From a virus (lineage: Duplodnaviria; Heunggongvirae; Uroviricota; Caudoviricetes): a stretch of DNA of 5,892 nt. The notes under the pieces were generated by a model. The model was given only the letters and a program-made list of their open reading frames with translations, did no database searches and was not told where the DNA came from. Both the position numbers and the translations under genes were made by a program. The stretch is taken from the IMG/VR virus record IMGVR_UViG_2541047163_000021. One strand, 5' to 3'. Positions 4,344 through 5,892 of this stretch are shown one piece after another. Every line of letters begins with the position of its first letter. Position 1 is the first letter of the stretch.

Positions 4344-5435
4344 ATGCGTGATTACGCAAAAGTTTCTCCGCGATTCTGGCTGGGAGAAACGGGGAGAGAA
4401 CTTAGAAAGGCGGGTGCAGAAGCGCAAGTTGTTGCTTTTTACCTGATGACATCCCCTCACGCAAATATGCTGGGTTTGTATTACCTGCCAGTTTTATACC
4501 TTGCTCATGAAACCGGGCTTGGTCTGGAAGGGGCTTCAAAGGGGCTTAAAAGGGCTGTTGAAGCTGGTTTTTGTAGCTATGACCATGATGCAGAGATGGT
4601 CTGGGTCCATGAAATGGCAGCCTGGCAGGTTGGGGAAACGTTGAAGCCTGGCGATAACCGTTGTGCAGGTGTCAGGAATGAGTATGCATCATTACCTGAA
4701 AACGCTTTTCTGTCAGTGTTTTACGACAGATATAAAACGGATTTCCATCTGGATGTGAGGCGGAATAATAGCCGAAATTCGGTAAGGGGCTTCGAAGGGG
4801 CTTTTAAGGGGCTTCGAAGCCAAGAACAGGAACAGGAGCAGGAGAAAGAACAGGAACAGGACAAAAACACTATGGTTCATGGCAAAAAAAACACCACGAA
4901 CCAGGCAGGGGATGTTCAGACCGTCAATCCTGGTCAGCCAGCAGGCACGACACCGGAAGCCGATTCGGGCGCTGTGCAGCAGGTGATGACCGCAGGGTCG
5001 GAGCAATCACACCAACTGCAGCAGCCTGAAGCCGATTCCGCCATTCAGCGGGAAGCCGATCGGGTAGTCCCGGAAAGCACCGGGCAGTCTGTGGGACGAG
5101 TGGATTATCCGGATGTGTTCGAACAGGTCTGGCGGGAATACCCGTTGCGTGCTGGGGCAAACCCGAAGAAATCCGCTTTCAGTGCCTGGAAGGCCAGATT
5201 GCGCGAGGGGGGGCCACCAGAGACCATGCTGGATGGTGTGAGGCGTTACGCGAGATACCTGGCGGCGACCGGGAAAGCGGGAACGGAATTTGTTCAGCGA
5301 GCGACGACGTTTTTTGGGCCGGACCGGAATTTTGAAAACCCCTGGTTGCTCCCGGTAAGCGGCACGAACAACCAGCGTTGTGTGAATCATATTTCTGAAC
5401 CGGATACCGAAATTCCGCCGGGATTCAGGGGGTGA
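4344..5435 (+). CDS. Phage replication initiation protein (O-like / replisome-organizer type), 363 aa from the preferred start
   Basis: ATG at 4344 preceded by GAGG (4335-4338) with 5-nt spacer; the track start at 4233 has no RBS. Immediately upstream of a DnaC-like gene (stop TGA 5433-5435, next ATG 5442). A low-complexity EQEQEQEKEQEQ linker separates N- and C-terminal domains, and iteron-like repeats lie inside the gene. Family call is from synteny and architecture, not from a recognised motif. Confidence 0.7.
   Translation: MRDYAKVSPRFWLGETGRELRKAGAEAQVVAFYLMTSPHANMLGLYYLPVLYLAHETGLGLEGASKGLKRAVEAGFCSYDHDAEMVWVHEMAAWQVGETLKPGDNRCAGVRNEYASLPENAFLSVFYDRYKTDFHLDVRRNNSRNSVRGFEGAFKGLRSQEQEQEQEKEQEQDKNTMVHGKKNTTNQAGDVQTVNPGQPAGTTPEADSGAVQQVMTAGSEQSHQLQQPEADSAIQREADRVVPESTGQSVGRVDYPDVFEQVWREYPLRAGANPKKSAFSAWKARLREGGPPETMLDGVRRYARYLAATGKAGTEFVQRATTFFGPDRNFENPWLLPVSGTNNQRCVNHISEPDTEIPPGFRG
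4529..4561. repeat. Iteron-like direct repeats, cluster 1: three 11-bp units AGGGGCTTCAA / AGGGGCTTAAA / AGGGCTGTTGA
   Basis: Tandem 11-bp period (about one helical turn) read directly from the sequence, inside the replication gene. Confidence 0.5.
4784..4865. repeat. Iteron-like direct repeats, cluster 2 (3 x AAGGGGCTT[CG/TT/CG], 4784-4816) followed by a GAACAG-type hexamer tandem tract (4824-4865); candidate origin core
   Basis: AAGGGGCTTCG / AAGGGGCTTTT / AAGGGGCTTCG at 11-bp period, then gaacag gaacag gagcag gagaaa gaacag gaacag gacaaa, which encodes the EQ-rich linker. Confidence 0.5.
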
Positions 5436-5441
5436 TGTGGC

Positions 5442-5892
5442 ATGAAAAACATTGCGGCAGCCGGGGTTCTTGAACGTATTCGCAGACTTGCACCACAGGC
5501 GTCGGTTCCACCGTACCGGACGGTGGAGGAGTGGCGGGAATGGCAACTTGCTGAAGGACGAAAACGCAGCGAGGAGATTAACCGCCAGAATCACCAGTTG
5601 CGGGTTGAAAAAATCCTGAACCGTGCGGGCATCCAGCCGCTTCACAGGAAGTGCTCATTCGGGAACTACCGGGTGCAGAACGACGGTCAGCGCCATGCTC
5701 TGAGCCAGGCGAAATCCATTGCCGATGAATTGATGACCGGATGTACAAACTTCGTGTTCAGCGGTAAACCTGGTACCGGTAAAAATCACCTGGCAGCAGC
5801 GATTGGCAATCGGCTGATGGCGAAGGGGAGAAGCGTGATTATCGTCACCGTGTCCGATGTCATGAGCGTGTTGCATGACGGCTACGACAACG
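5442..5892 (+). CDS. DnaC-like helicase loader (AAA+ ATPase, YdaV-like), N-terminal 150 aa; 3' end beyond the window
   Basis: ATG at 5442 with AGGGGG about 10 nt upstream, 6 nt after the replication-gene stop. Translation contains the Walker A motif FSGKPGTGKNHLAAAIGNRLMAKGRSVIIVTVSDVM, which closely resembles E. coli DnaC as I recall it. Absent from the ORF track because it has no stop inside the window. Confidence 0.9.
   Translation, partial: MKNIAAAGVLERIRRLAPQASVPPYRTVEEWREWQLAEGRKRSEEINRQNHQLRVEKILNRAGIQPLHRKCSFGNYRVQNDGQRHALSQAKSIADELMTGCTNFVFSGKPGTGKNHLAAAIGNRLMAKGRSVIIVTVSDVMSVLHDGYDN

Noticed and set aside
4713-5876. Minus-strand ORFs 4713..5006, 4924..5160, 5007..5645 and 5655..5876
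   Set aside because: Antisense to the replication initiator and the DnaC-like gene, the latter with an unmistakable Walker A motif. These are long antisense open frames of the kind common in GC-richer coding DNA.

Overview
The window reads as the immunity and early-replication region of a lambdoid, Rac-like prophage from an enterobacterial (E. coli-like) genome. All protein identifications are from reading the translations and from memory of family signatures; no database search was run. Leftward (minus) genes: an HTH regulator at the cI position (2412..2813), followed in the same operon by a 63-aa antitoxin and a ParE/RelE-fold toxin with overlapping stop/start (1906..2384), an intrinsic terminator, then three or four small early-left ORFs (793..1628), one of which looks frameshifted at an A7 run. 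Rightward (plus) genes: a Cro-like YdaS-family protein, a YdaT-family protein, an unknown 169-aa ORF, a replication initiator with two clusters of 11-bp iteron-like repeats inside its coding sequence, and a 3'-truncated DnaC-like helicase loader. Two near-identical palindromes (1815..1854 and 2850..2888) bracket the regulator-antitoxin-toxin cassette and are the best operator candidates. The most notable feature is that a three-component toxin-antitoxin module (PaaR-PaaA-ParE-like) appears wired into the prophage lysogeny switch. The first 570 bp show no convincing gene.
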